Part shown: piece after piece, positions 11,745-24,371 of the stretch
Position numbering within the stretch: position 1 is the first letter of the stretch
Layout: every line of letters begins with the position of its first letter
Origin: Klebsormidium nitens
Taxonomy: Eukaryota; Plantae; Klebsormidiophyceae
Assembly (NCBI GenBank): GCA_000708835.1
Contig: DF236979.1
Location: 248,001-312,000, forward strand
Reading direction: 5' to 3'
DNA length: 64,000 nt
The notes under the pieces: model-generated
The model's input: the letters and a program-made list of their open reading frames with translations, nothing else
Database searches by the model: none
What the model was told of the DNA's origin: nothing
Position numbers and translations under genes: made by a program

Positions 11745-14700
11745 ATGGGGTGCAGTGCGAGCACAGCGGCGGCATCGCAGCCGGCACCTCGGTCTCCCAA
11801 GAGGAAGCTAGAAAAGCTTCCAAAATCGTTTCATGCCCTCAAAGTTCCTGACATCCGTGGGAATGTCATTGACTTTGCAACTTTCAAGGGGAAGGTAAGT
11901 CGGGTCGCTAGAAACGACATCCCGTGCTTGAGTTGATGATGCCACTATGGTGGATGAATGTGCAAGCTAGTGTGAGTTACCTGCGCTTCGGTATATGTTC
12001 TGAATTTGGCTACGTTCTTGGCATCCATAGGAATGCGACTTTCCGCACTGCGGGATTGGATCATGTCAGAGACGACAACGTTACAACGTAAAACCACACT
12101 GTATGTGGTCAGATTTGAGGGTACCACTCCAGTTGTTTCAGCGGCTGCTCTGAATGACAGCATCTGCTTGATTGTGGAGGATAAAGGCTGTCTGTGACCT
12201 GGCTTGATGCAACTGCAGGTCGTCCTGGTCATCAATGTGGCAAGTCGATGTGGCCACGCGATGAAGAATTACAGGTAAGTCAACAGCACCTCAATAGACG
12301 TACGAAGCCTAGCTGACGCTTGTAAAGTGTTTGCAGTTCGTTACTCTCGTAACAGCTTTGGAAGAACAACTGAAACAATGGCTTTAATCTCAATAGTGAT
12401 CTCATTCAAACTTACTAGTGCTTCATTTGTCAATCCTCGTATGTGCAGTGGCTTGCATTGTTGCTCTCATTATCTAAGTACACTCTCCATTTGTTGTGAA
12501 TTCTGATTAGTTCTGGTAAGAGTTGCTCTTCCTCAATCTCGTTCCCTAGCTTGAGTCCACGAAGCAGTAAAGGTTGTGTCAGGTTAGCTATGGATAGGAT
12601 TTAGCTCAAAAAAGAAAGAACATTCTGATATGGCAACTCCCAAAACCTGCCACGTTGCAACCTTCTGATCGACCGCTGGGACCCGATTCAAACGCACATG
12701 ATTTTCAAGAAAGATCATAGGTAGCCACGATAATAATAAACTCCGACTAATACTAAAACCCTAACTCAAAAAGTTACCTGCTCCGCACCCATACCCACCA
12801 TAACCACCAAACTAACCTACCCGTCCCAGTGCGGTTACCTTACTATTACCTCGGCTTATTTATAATCTATTTTGAGAATTATCAAACGCAGGGAGATGGT
12901 CGGGCTGTACAAGCGGTATGGCGGGCCCGAGTTCGAGATCATTGCAGTGCCGTGCAACCAGTTTTTCAACCAAGAGCCGGGCTCAAACGAAGGTCGGTCA
13001 CCTTGACAGCTTCTAACGCTTACTCACATGCTCAATCATGATCGATTGAAAGTCGCACCGTAAGAGATCTACGATTTCAGTTTATCTGGATCTGCTGGTC
13101 CGAGGACTCCGTTTCGTTACCAATTCCTCATTGTTCCAAGAGTAAGTCAAGTGGCCAATACTTTTGAATAGCGCGGTCTCCACTCTGAGCAGCAAAAAGA
13201 CGAAACGGAAGCCGGCTTTGACAAAATTCAGCTAAAGAACGAAACGCTTGTGAAAGGGTCAGTTGTTTGATTGCTGACCATGAGCCTTAGTGAACGGCGG
13301 CTTTCTCCTGTGGAAGTCCCTCGCAACCTACGATGCTTTGTCCACTGGAAAACCGACAGCTTATGTTTTGGTCTGTTCATTAAGCACTTCCTTCCTCTGA
13401 AATGCAGATATTGAGGATTTTGTACGAAAGCAAGGGGGAGAGTTCATGGTCGCAGGGAAGTGCAACGTCAATGGTCAGAACATGAGCCCCCTGTACCGGT
13501 ACTTGAAGGTACGTACCAGGAAGAGGGACCCCGCTGCATCAGTTTATTGCTTGGCTTTCGACTCCCATCTTTAGCTTTGGAATAAGATTAGTGGCTCGAA
13601 GAAATCTTACTGGATGAATTACGGAGGCTGGCAGCAAAGCTGGACTTTGCTCGATCAGCCTCTGCGCTCTAGGTTTGACTTACGAAGTTGGGCGCCTCGC
13701 TCGACAACCCGTTGTGAGCCCCCAGGAAGCATCTTCTTTACCTCGGAAGCTCGTAGCCTACGCCAAATTGTAGATTGAGGATTCAGTGGGACCCTTCGAA
13801 GCATTATCTGTGATTGCATTGTTTCAAGGGCACAAAAGACAACCACAAGCATTGGAAGCTCCGCTTCATTTTGAGCATCATTCTTGACGGGCCTTCAGCG
13901 CATCTCATGTGCTTCCAAGAACCGCGATCTGAGCATCGTCCGCCGGGCTCAACTGTCAATTTGAAAGGACAGTCCTCATCTCTAGTCCTTACACATTGGC
14001 TGCTGGCTAATAAGTCTTCCAAAAAGGACCAACGGAGCTGTCTCGAAAGGGATTGACGTTTCTTCTGGTCCTTCCGCTGTGCAGAAATACTGCAAAGACC
14101 ATGGGGCGGTCGGCTGGAACTTCACCAAGGTGAGACTGGCAACTTGTGGCTCCCAGTTTCTTTGTTCCGGCCATGCTTGAATGAATGCCTGCTCAACCAG
14201 ACTGGAGTCGCTTTCTCACAAGGCTCCCAGCCAAGGGCCACGGGAGTTTCGTTGGTGGCAACTACGAGCAGGGGCTAGGAGTTGCCTCCGTTGAATGCCG
14301 CTTCGTCTGCTCCGCCCTCCTCAGCCAGCTCCAGGGCCATAGTTTCTGAGTTTATCTGATCGAAGATGGAAATTTAGCACGTGCTTATTGAAGGGCCTAG
14401 GAGGATTGGTTCCTCCAAGTCAGGGAGCGAGGATCTGCGCACGAAGTGTTCATAAGCCCTCTGCCAGACGCGATCGGCAAGCCTAACAGGCCCGCGGGAC
14501 AGCTCCCCCCCTTAGTCCGACTGTGATACAGGATTCCCTGAAGCCTTCAACAAAAGTTTCTTCCGATCCTTGATAACTCCAATCCGCCTGTCTGGGGTCG
14601 AAGCCATAAGAAAATGATTTTGCCTGTTCGTGACCTCCAAAACCAAGCGGCTCAGAGCATCCCGAGCAAACCTCTTCTTAACCATGAATTTGCCTCATTC

Positions 14701-14924
14701 TCTTCCAGTACCTCATCTCCAAATCCGGCGAGATCGTTGAACGCTACGGGTACAAAATCTACCCGTACTCGTTCGAGCGCGACATCGTGCGGCTGCTCGA
14801 CGGGGACTACTCGAACCGACCCCCACTCCCCAGATACGACGACGAGCCGCTGTGCGTCAACAATATTCTCTTCAACAGGCCCACCATGCAGCAGATCCTG
14901 ACGGCAGGCCCCTCCAACTTCTGA
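11745..14924 (+). CDS. GPX: Cys-type glutathione peroxidase-like protein with N-terminal MGCxxS acylation motif
   Basis: Exons 11745-11894, 12219-12274, 12892-12992, 13408-13508, 14085-14129, 14709-14924, all phase-consistent. Signature motifs [18 protein letters not shown] and WNFTK. The active-site codon is TGT. Confidence 0.93.
12774..12829 (+). mobile_element. Solo terminal-repeat fragment of the MITE-like family also seen at 50468-50724
   Basis: ttacctgctccgcacccatacccaccataaccaccaaactaacctacccgtcccag closely matches the reverse complement of 50468-50525. Confidence 0.7.
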
Positions 14925-15136
14925 GAGTAATAGTGGGCGCATGATGATGGGCCAGCATGAGGGGATTCAATTTTGAAGATCGTAGATATTCGGGCTGTGT
15001 TCCGGATCCGTTGCTCTGGTTGCAGCTCCAGGCTTGGGGCTGAGAAGGGAACGGATGGCAGTTTATCCTTGGCGCCAAGGGTATACTTAGATACATGCAG
15101 TCACACCGGTGTGGCGCATACAAGAGCATATCTACC

Positions 15137-15255
15137 AGCAAGCTTCCAGCGCAAAACACTCCTCCATTCTTCAGCAAGCTTCCAGGGCAAACCGGCTCCT
15201 CTAGCATTGATAGGCAAGCTTCCAGAGCATACCGGCTCCTTCATCGTTAGGCAGC
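15137..15255. repeat. Degenerate tandem repeat, about 36-40 nt x3, downstream of GPX
   Basis: gcaagcttccag(c/g/a)gca(a/t)ac...ctcct occurs three times. Confidence 0.8.
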
Positions 15256-15998
15256 TATCGGCGTCATTAAACAATCAGCATATTTGACTGAGTAGAGCAG
15301 CGCGCCATTGCAAGCAGTGATAGGGTCTGCAGTGTGTAACTAGCGAGCACGGCGGATTAGCACGGCGGATTAGCACGACAGAATCAAGTCATTGTTCACG
15401 TCACATTCAGAAGGATGTCCATCGAATTTCAATCATAAGACGCTTCACTCTAAGCTAGATCCAGGACAGGCGGCAGTCGCGAATATTGGACAATGATCGA
15501 ATCAAATTCATCCATCCGGGACCCCTTCAATTGCATGATCATGCATGTCACCTCGACCATCTTCAGTCCCTCTTCCGCCAAAACATCGTCGATGACTCGT
15601 TCAAGGCGCAAATCGGAATATGCGGCAACATGTTGAGGAATTAGAGTTTCTGCTTATGGTAGACGGGAGGCCCCGGGCCCGCTCCCGGAACTTCCTGAGT
15701 CATGGTCTGACCCAGCCGGGGTGGTTCGCGCTCCAGGCTCAAAGGCAAAACCTGACCTTACGCACCCAAAGAGGACAATTTCATGCGCCTCGGTCATTGC
15801 GTGCGCACCGTCTTGATTGTCTCTACTGTAGTGGTACAGGTTGACTTAAGGTACGTTGGTGTGCTTTGAATGTGCGCGGCAACTGCAGAACTGTGCATAT
15901 ACGACTCGCTCATACGATTCGCGATCACTTGTGCCGGCAACAGTCACACTGCAGATGCACATGTGCTCAAGGTTGATCAGATTGCGCACGGTCATGTG

Positions 15999-16260
15999 CA
16001 GGCGGACCGCAGAACTTCGCGATGGACGAAATCGCAGCGCTACCGTCCGATCTGAAAATAAGGACTCCAGTCTGCAAAGTTTAGCTACTGGGTCGCAAAC
16101 TTTGGCAGGACAGGTTCCGATACTAGGGTTTGGACAAACCGGGCCTAACTGAGAATAAACGAAAGATCTTGAGCGTTCATTTTTCGACGTCAAAATCTGG
16201 ACGGCAGCGCTGCGATTCTTGGTCGTCCCCCAGCTATTCTGCGGTTCTGCGGTCCGCCTG
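15999..16260. mobile_element. Putative 262-bp MITE with bipartite inverted termini and candidate 4-bp TSD (tgtg)
   Basis: Perfect 17-bp TIR CAGGCGGACCGCAGAAC / GTTCTGCGGTCCGCCTG, plus an inner inverted block of about 19 bp with 1 mismatch. tgtg lies at 15995-15998 and 16261-16264. Confidence 0.65.
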
Positions 16261-16763
16261 TGTGATAGCCATACATACACGCTTGATATTGTACTGCTTC
16301 CGAACTTTCACCTTCATTGGATGCTGAATGTATCATGCGCGTCAGTGATTTCAAACGCGGTGCATAGTCTGATGCTGCAAGGCCTTGATGCTCGCGCACA
16401 GGAATCCGTGACTCTTGGTCACCGGCCCGACTCAACCATTGGAAAAGCCAAGTCTCGATTCGCTGAGGCAAAATGGCTCGATCGCCCGGGCCTAAAGGAG
16501 GTTGGGCCTCCTTCGGCTACCCAAAATAGAGCTTTTTGGCATTCCGCGTGCAGGCGGATCTTATAGGCAAAGTGACTAGGCTTCGAAGGGCAGTTTGAGA
16601 ACGCAAATGTATGCATGACTTCGGCTGGTTACGCGGGCACCCAATAATCCTTCATGACCAGACCTATCTCTTTCACTCTGATAGTGAGGTCCACAAGGTA
16701 AGATTTGCTGTGTCGTTGAGATTACCACACCTAACTAGAATGCAGATTTGAGAATGTAGACGC

Positions 16764-19700
16764 CTAAAGTCGCGACCGCTGGCTTATTATGCTGCTCACG
16801 TGAGTTGCTTCCAATGCGTCCGTCACTGGCTTGTCCCCCTGGCTGCGCTCAGACCAGGACAACGATTCCGTTTGACGATGACGAATTTTCTTGTCCAATG
16901 CTATCACCCTGCCTATCTCGTGCTGCGACACCTGAGAAACTCCTACGCTTTTTCCTGTACCTGCTGTCGCCTGTTGCGATGAAGATTGCTCTACCAGTTC
17001 ACGTCTACATTCCACACTTTTAAATGTAGATTCTACGTGCGTTGAGAGAGTCGAGGACGCAATGATTTGTTGGCCGGCTGGAGGTTGGCCAGTATCCGCA
17101 CCATGCGCTGCGGCGTTGACGCAGATTGACACGAGCCCATTCTCATCAAGCTTTTCCCCTCGAAAAGTGACATCGGAAGAGTTTACCCCAATTTCGCCTC
17201 TCGTAATGCGAGACCCGTCAATGCCCAGGCCGCGCTTACTTCCCGAAGCTTGTAGCTTATTCACACCGAAGCCGCCCTCAGAAAGTGGGACCGCGAGCCC
17301 GTCTGCATCAAAGCCCCCCTTTCGAATGGTTGGATCGCGCCCACTCAAGCCGAACTCCTTTTGAGGGTCTGAGGCCGTGGCCCCATTCACACCAAAGTCA
17401 ACTCCACGGACGAGGAACTCGGGCTCGTTCACACCTATTTCGCCACTGCCAAGAGGCATCGCGGGGCCAGTACCGTCGTAACGAACCCCAGAAGGAGACG
17501 CCGGGGACCGGCCCTTTTTCAGGAGGGGAGAAAGGGCGTCGACGAGCGCCGCCACGTCATCGAATGTATGCGCCGCGGAAAGAGCGATGCGCAACCTGCA
17601 GCACAGAGGTCCTTGCCTGGTGTGAAAAGTCGCCACGCGTGCAACACGCTTGAAATCCACTTGGTGCACGCGCTCACAGATCGTACGGCTTTACGAGTCC
17701 CACCCACAAGCGGCGTGCGTGTTGCAGCCGACTCAATCAAGAAACAGGACTGTGTTATTCAGAACTGCCGGTGCGAAGTCTCTGCAGTACGGACCAGGTC
17801 CGTTCAAATTTCGTCGAAGACCTTCCGAAATGGTGTGCAGTTGGATCGCCGATAGACAGCCCACGACACAGCACCTGGTGATCAACCCTGGTCAGGACTC
17901 TGTTACATCCATAACCCAAACCTGAGTCTAACAATCCCTATCACCCACCTGGAAGATCCTTCCGGAACGGTCGGCGGGCGAATCGCCGGCACGTGGAAGC
18001 CCCTCCGCAGCAATTCGTTGCTCGCGTCCAGCGCCTCCTTTGCTCCGCCGATGACAACGGAAATGATCGGGGACGTGAACGGAACGCCCAGAGCGGCGGA
18101 AAGTGCATCGACGAGGGCCCACACGTGGCGCTGCCGCCAGGGCTCTCGTCGGGCAACCACCAATGCGGCTGAGGAACATCCAGGTGATCGTGTCTTGATC
18201 GGAACGTTGGGAGTATGATCGGAATAGAGCCATTCCCGTGGCACCAGCCTTGACTCATCTCCTTTAATTTAAGCACCCAACGAATGACGGCTCTGTGTTC
18301 GTGGCGCTTTGCAAATTCAAAAACCTGACAAAGGGTCGCTGCGAAGGCTGACGGGCGACACTAAAGTGCTCACAGAGCTGATGAGAAGGGCAACGGGCTT
18401 ATCAGGAGCCAGGCATCTCAGGCACCTAAGTGTAGACAAGTTTGAAAACCAAGTTAGAGCAGAACTGTCGGATCCTCGGAAGAAGGCCCGGAGTTGCAGC
18501 GACATAGAAGCCTCGAGCACAAGCATCGTGGATTCGAGGAATCAACAACTTGCTCCATTGAGTCGAGAGCTTCTGATTTTCAATGCAGCCGCCCAATTGG
18601 GGCCAGCCAACGGTGGCTACGAGTGTGTCATTCGAGACAGACAGCAACGAAAGATAGCCCCTGACTTTGGAAGAAGGTATAGAGTCATGTGTCACATTGA
18701 CCTCACATGGACGGAATTTATCGCTTAACGGGGCTGGTCGTTTGAGGAGGTCGCCGCCAGCGAGATTCTTTTCACCATGGAAGAGTCCAGCATGAAGTTC
18801 CTCGTCAGCCGCCTTCAAGACTCGGACGGAGACGTGGAAAAACTTTGTAGGCTTATTCTACAGCTTTCAGTGGCTCACCTAACGCAGCTGCAACGGTGGG
18901 GATGGGTTGTGCGGTCGAGTAGACGAAAGAGCGGCCGCGAGAGAGGATCCACTGCTTCCATTTTCGACTGCAACAAGGAGAGGCGGACGGTGATTTGCAC
19001 GAGAGAAAGGGGAGGTCAGAAGGTACGATTCAGCTGTTTGGTCCCTACCTTCTTCGAGCTCCCCCCAAGAATCTGCTCTGGTCAAACTGGTCTTACTTCC
19101 CCGTTCCGTGTCCACTCGCAAACTGTCCTTAGTAAGGGCCACATGATCATGCAAACAACAAAAACGACCGCCCTTGATGATCTTGGTCGGAAGCACATCT
19201 AACAACGGCTTACGCATGTTAGTACGTATAGATAACGATCTGCACTAGTCAAGCTGGTCTGAAGTTGTCGCTCCGCCGGATTCCGATTGACGAGGATTCT
19301 GACGCACCTGGTCGCCACGAATCCTCCGTGGCACCCCACTGCTTTGCTCAGAGTGCCCACGTGAAGATCGACCTCGTCGGCGACCCCGAAAGCCTCGGCG
19401 GCGCCGCCCCCTCGATGGCCGCACACCAACGTGGCATGCGCCTAAATCAGCCAAAATGAGGGTGACGTAAGCATTCTCTGCGTTTGTGAACCGGGGCCAG
19501 ACGAGATTGTTCGCAGTCAAGGAAGCAAAGGCCGGATGCCCGGTCCAGTAAGTGCATGGTTTCGCCGTTGCGGGAAGCGAGCGTGCGCGAGGGTCATGTT
19601 GGCGCGACGCAAAGGGTGGGCGCACTTTCGCAAGTCTACTTTTGGAGAGGGATAGGTGCTCCGAAGACTCGTGTACTCCTTGCGGCCGAAGCTTTATCTC

Positions 19701-22488
19701 CATACTACTCTCATTCCATGACGGACGGAAAAGAGGAAAGTAAGGGAGGAGAATATCACCTCGTCGACGACCAGCAGGAAGCCGTGCTTGCGGCGGAGGA
19801 CGGCGAGCTCTGCCAAAGGTGCAAAGTCCCCGTCCATGCTGAACAGGCTGTCCGTCACAACGACCTTTCTCGGTGCTGAGCTGGCGCTTCTGAAAGAGCA
19901 CCAGATTGCAGTCAGATTTGGCAACCGACTGCGCTCGATTGGGGCCTAACCAGGATTGAGTTTCGGATTCTGCCAAGGGGCGACTTCCCGACGCGCAAGC
20001 TGTCCAACACGGCGACCCTCTGTAGCACTGAGCTGGCACTGTTCGAAAACCACGGCAGAACGGCAGTCAATCGTACGTGATAATCGTTCTATCAAGGGTG
20101 CTTTAAGGTCGAAGTAGAAATTCTCAAGAAAGTGATAGATTGCTACAGAATGTCGTGGCGACGATTCTCCCACTCATCAGGGCTGATCTCTTGGAGAGCT
20201 AAAATGGTGAACCACTTTCGAGATTGGGGTCTCGAAGAAAGCACTCTACATGCTGAAGAGACTGGCTGGAAGAGGTTGCAAATGAAGTCGACCTTTTTGA
20301 CAAAATTGCTGGAGCTTCTGCGTCCCCAAGGCTCTCCAAAGCGAGAGTTTTCGTAGATTCAAGAATCCTTACAAAAGTTGTTCGAGATGTGTCATGTCGC
20401 AATGCCGATAGACGTGCGCCGTCACCGCCTGGCGGCCCGTGCGCTGCGCAAGCCGCACCCCGTCAATGATCGAGGCGTGATTAAGCTCGTCCGAAAAGAT
20501 GGCGACCATGGAGGGGGGGTTTGGCTGGGCCTGGTCGCCGAGACTCGGGCTGCATATGGCAGTCACCACGCCCATGTTGGCAGCGAAGCCGCTCGGAAAG
20601 AGGAGGCAGTCCTGGCCAAAAAACAGGGTTAGAGAGGATTAGCGCTTGGTTAGGGGGGAGCGACTTGCTGATATTAATCTGAGGTTGAGGGCAGAAAATA
20701 GGAGATGTTTTGATAATGAAGTACAGTCATTCTGGAGGCCAAGTCAAGTGCGGAGAAAGGTCATGCACAGGTCATACATGCGCGTCTCATGAGCTTTGCT
20801 ATGAGCTGTTATGAGAAAGAAAGCAAGCCCCTGAACATTTGATGGTTGCGAGAGACGGGCGAGGCGAAAGGTATCCGGAAGGTCCAGCTTGAAAGCCCCC
20901 CGGTTGTGAAAATTACCCGAACTCAATCCCAGAAGGTCGCCTAGAAATTGCCAGGTCGATGTTGCACAAAATGGTGGTTGCTTGCTTCAATGGCATGATT
21001 GGTATAGCAGACATATCAGTGATCGAAAATTGAATGTCCTGATCTCACCTCAGTTCCCTTGAGCTCCGCAAGCGCCCTTTCCAGCTCCCGATGATGCTCT
21101 GTATAACCGCAGACCAACGGTGACGCACGGGGGCCCATCCCATACTCCATGGCTGCCTGGTGGAAAAGACTCGCTGTAAGCCCGCCAGTGATGTCATCAT
21201 GAACGTCATGCTTCTGCCGCAACTGTTTCAGTAGCCTTTAGGTGCATCTCAATGACTAGAGCGGGACTTCCGTAAGTCCCCGCCAGCTAAATCAGGACAG
21301 CGTCAAAAGCTCCCCATCCTGTTTATGATTTCAAGTGACACAGGACATGCTTCCCCAGATCCTCAAGCCTACCTGTGCGGCGGCTGCACGAACTGCTGGG
21401 TGAGACGAGAGGCCAAGGTAGTCGTTTCCAGAGAACAGGCGCAGCCTCGTCAGGCAACCGCTTGCTGTACTTTGATCCTCCTCAGTGCCTGATGCAGTCA
21501 AAAAAGATTGAGGTCAGGACTCTTCATTAGAAGACGGTGCATCTGTGTGAGAAATCTTCATGACGAATCTAAAGTGGTCACGTGATTTCCATGATGTCAC
21601 TCGCCGCTCAAGAGGCCCCCATCTTGTGCACTGCACTCATCGCCTGGGGGCATGGAGTAGGCTCGATTGTCTTACAGAGGACAAGAAGATGAATCCTGAA
21701 AGAAGGGGGCCAACAAATGTACTGCGAAACTGCCTGATGGGACTTAGGGTGAGTGTTCGCTAAAAGGGTAAGAGAAGCCTACTCTGCAGATTCTGTGTTC
21801 ATGCCAGCTCCTGTGTACAGCCTTGCTAACCACCATGTCTTCCTTGTGCCTACAGATGCTTTGACATTCCTGGCTGAGGTTACTATGCAAAGAATCCTGG
21901 AATAGAACTGTCCAATGTCTCTCCAAACAGATACTGCTGTGCCCTCGTCAGTCCTGTGTTCAAAGCCATTAAGGATCATCGCATAGCAGACCTTTCAGAC
22001 GCCAAACACATATGTGAGACTGAACTGTTGCAAGTCCTGCACCATACTAAGTCTCCCTTGGAAAGAGGCAGTAATGTAAAGTAATTGTCTAAGGGGGAAA
22101 GAGTGAGGAGCATGGTACCTGATGTTGCTGTACCACTCAGCCACGATTGAATGGTGCCATCCGAGACGGACACCTCCACTGCACTGCGGTTGCACGCCTT
22201 GATCTGCTCATCACTCCAGTCATCGGCAAAAGAGACCAACTTTCCGCCTGCTGAATGCAACTCCTGGACACAACAGCCACCTCCTGCCGTGTGATCCATA
22301 CTCCGATTGCCGCAGCGGCAAGCACACCGAGCCATAGATTCTGCGGAACAACCTTTATCTTCCTTTCCACATTCTGGACACCGTCCAATAGCATCACATT
22401 GCACTGGTCTCAGTGACCGAAGCAAGTTTGTTTTTCCAAGGCCGCTGATCGCCGTATCAAGCCAGTCGCTCCACACGGTTGGCGCCAT
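16764..22488 (-). CDS. BIOF: 8-amino-7-oxononanoate (KAPA) synthase, PLP-dependent, biotin biosynthesis; 9 exons
   Basis: Spliced motifs [92 protein letters not shown] (Schiff-base Lys), [29 protein letters not shown]. Confidence 0.95.
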
Positions 22489-24371
22489 CAGCGGGAGGAG
22501 TGCTGATTGCCTTACCCCTTTTAAAAGTTAAATTCATGCCCCTGCTCCTACTGCTAAGGAGCTTATTAAGCAATCACTCGTAATCTGACAGCTCCATTGT
22601 CTGTGCATTGCCTGTGCAATGCAGGTGTGACGGCACCAATGCCGCCATTGCGCACCTCAGATTCCAGCTCAGCGTTGCAACTCACTCTGCAGCTTATGCT
22701 TCGGAGGAGTTTTTCACAAGCAGATCTAGGATTTGAAACCCGTGCGTTTGTTCGCTGGTTTCCAATGACCGCCGTCCTTCTTCTAAACGGCTGCCTCAGG
22801 CTCTAGTCTTAATCTCCGATAGATTACATATTACCTAAATGTGGTTGAAAGCTGATGTAGAATCGAGCTTCTTTTCCCGCACAGTTCTCCTGCAGCGCTT
22901 CCCAGTTCGAAGTTCGGACTCGGAATCAGAGGCGCAGTCTGATCAGCTGAATTCTGGAAGGTCTCTCGTGATGGGGGCGCATACGCACTGAAACAGGTAG
23001 CTGCAGTTTGCTGTCATTGTCAGGGGAGTGGCGGTATCCAGGACCTGCAAGGGGATACCTGTACAAGCAGCGGCATCGGGTGGCGCAAAATCAAGAGTTC
23101 AAACAACGATGTCAGTGGAAAACTTTATCAGGTCGCTTCAGACAGGCATAAGTCAGGTCGTACGCTGGACAAGAGAGAGTATTTGAGGCACGCCGATGTG
23201 CAAGACATTGGAACTGAATACTTGCTGGAAAGGGAGGTGAGAAACATTCATTGCATCAAATTGGGGGCAGAACTTAAAGAAGTCAAATGCACCTAAGTTG
23301 CACGATGTGAAAGTGACTTTGATGGAAGGAAGCCTTCTCCTCTGAAGATGAGCTTCTTTTTGGCATCGACGGGCCAAAGTCTGATTGGTTCAGCTAGAGT
23401 ACAGTCTTGCGCCAGGAATGGTGGTTCTTATTGCAATTACTAGCTGCCGCCAATTTGGAATGAACCTCAATGAGTCAATACAATCAACCAGTCAACCTTG
23501 AACCTGAGTATTTGAAGAAACAGAGTGTCCTATATCATCCGTTTGAAGTGTGCAAGATGAGCAGAAGCAGGTTATGTGCCTTTTGATTGCTCTTGAACGA
23601 TGGTCTGTCGGGTGCGCAATAGAGATTGAAGCCTGTTAACAGACAGGAAGTTCTTGGTGATGCCACTGATCAGGTCAATGATTTATTAAAGTCAAAGGTA
23701 CCACAGCAATGCTGAGGAGTTATGAAGGCATCAACAGGCTGTGCTGCCCCTTTAATCAGCTCAACTTCATCACGAGCGGTCCAGATCAGAGGAGTGTCTC
23801 TATTACGGAACTCTGCTGGCATCCTGTTGATCTTGAGAGTCCTCCATGTAGGATACGGCCATTCTCGGCTTGAAAGAATCATTCTCGTATGCAGATTGGA
23901 GTGATCTGTCTACTTTTACATATCTTGAAGGTTGGCTAGGAATTTGAGGTGGCTGGAGTGTGCATTGCATTGTTGCTGAGGTATGTTCAAACCAGCCTTT
24001 CATGAGGGGGAATGCCTTTAGAAGTCCTTTTCATAGGTCTGCTCTTCCATATCCCTTTCCCGACTTCTTTGTTCTCCATCGATGCTTTCAACAAAGTGAA
24101 GAGAAAAGCGGTGTTGTTTGCAGATGAGCCACCTCTGTGCACGTCACCACTCCCTAGCCTACTTTCTGTCACGACGGCTCCTCCTCCCACCGATTGGGTC
24201 AGCGCTCCTCTCCTGCCAATCCATCTGTCCTCGGAAGAGCCGCTAACCCCTCTCCACGCAAACTTGCTGTAGGCAAGTGTAGTCACCTTTGGATCAGATG
24301 GAGGGATAGCAAACAAGAACTTTGCATAGCACGGACCACTCAATGTTTGCACGGACCGCCGCCAACCGGCG

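Noticed and set aside
12241-12260. Selenocysteine GPX
   Set aside because: The active-site codon is TGT (Cys), not TGA, so no SECIS search is warranted.
23670-23882. SET-domain-like fragment (DTPLIWTARDEVELIKG)
   Set aside because: The resemblance is short, codon usage is unlike the real exons, there are no convincing flanking exons, and it sits in the divergent BioF/DUF604 promoter interval.
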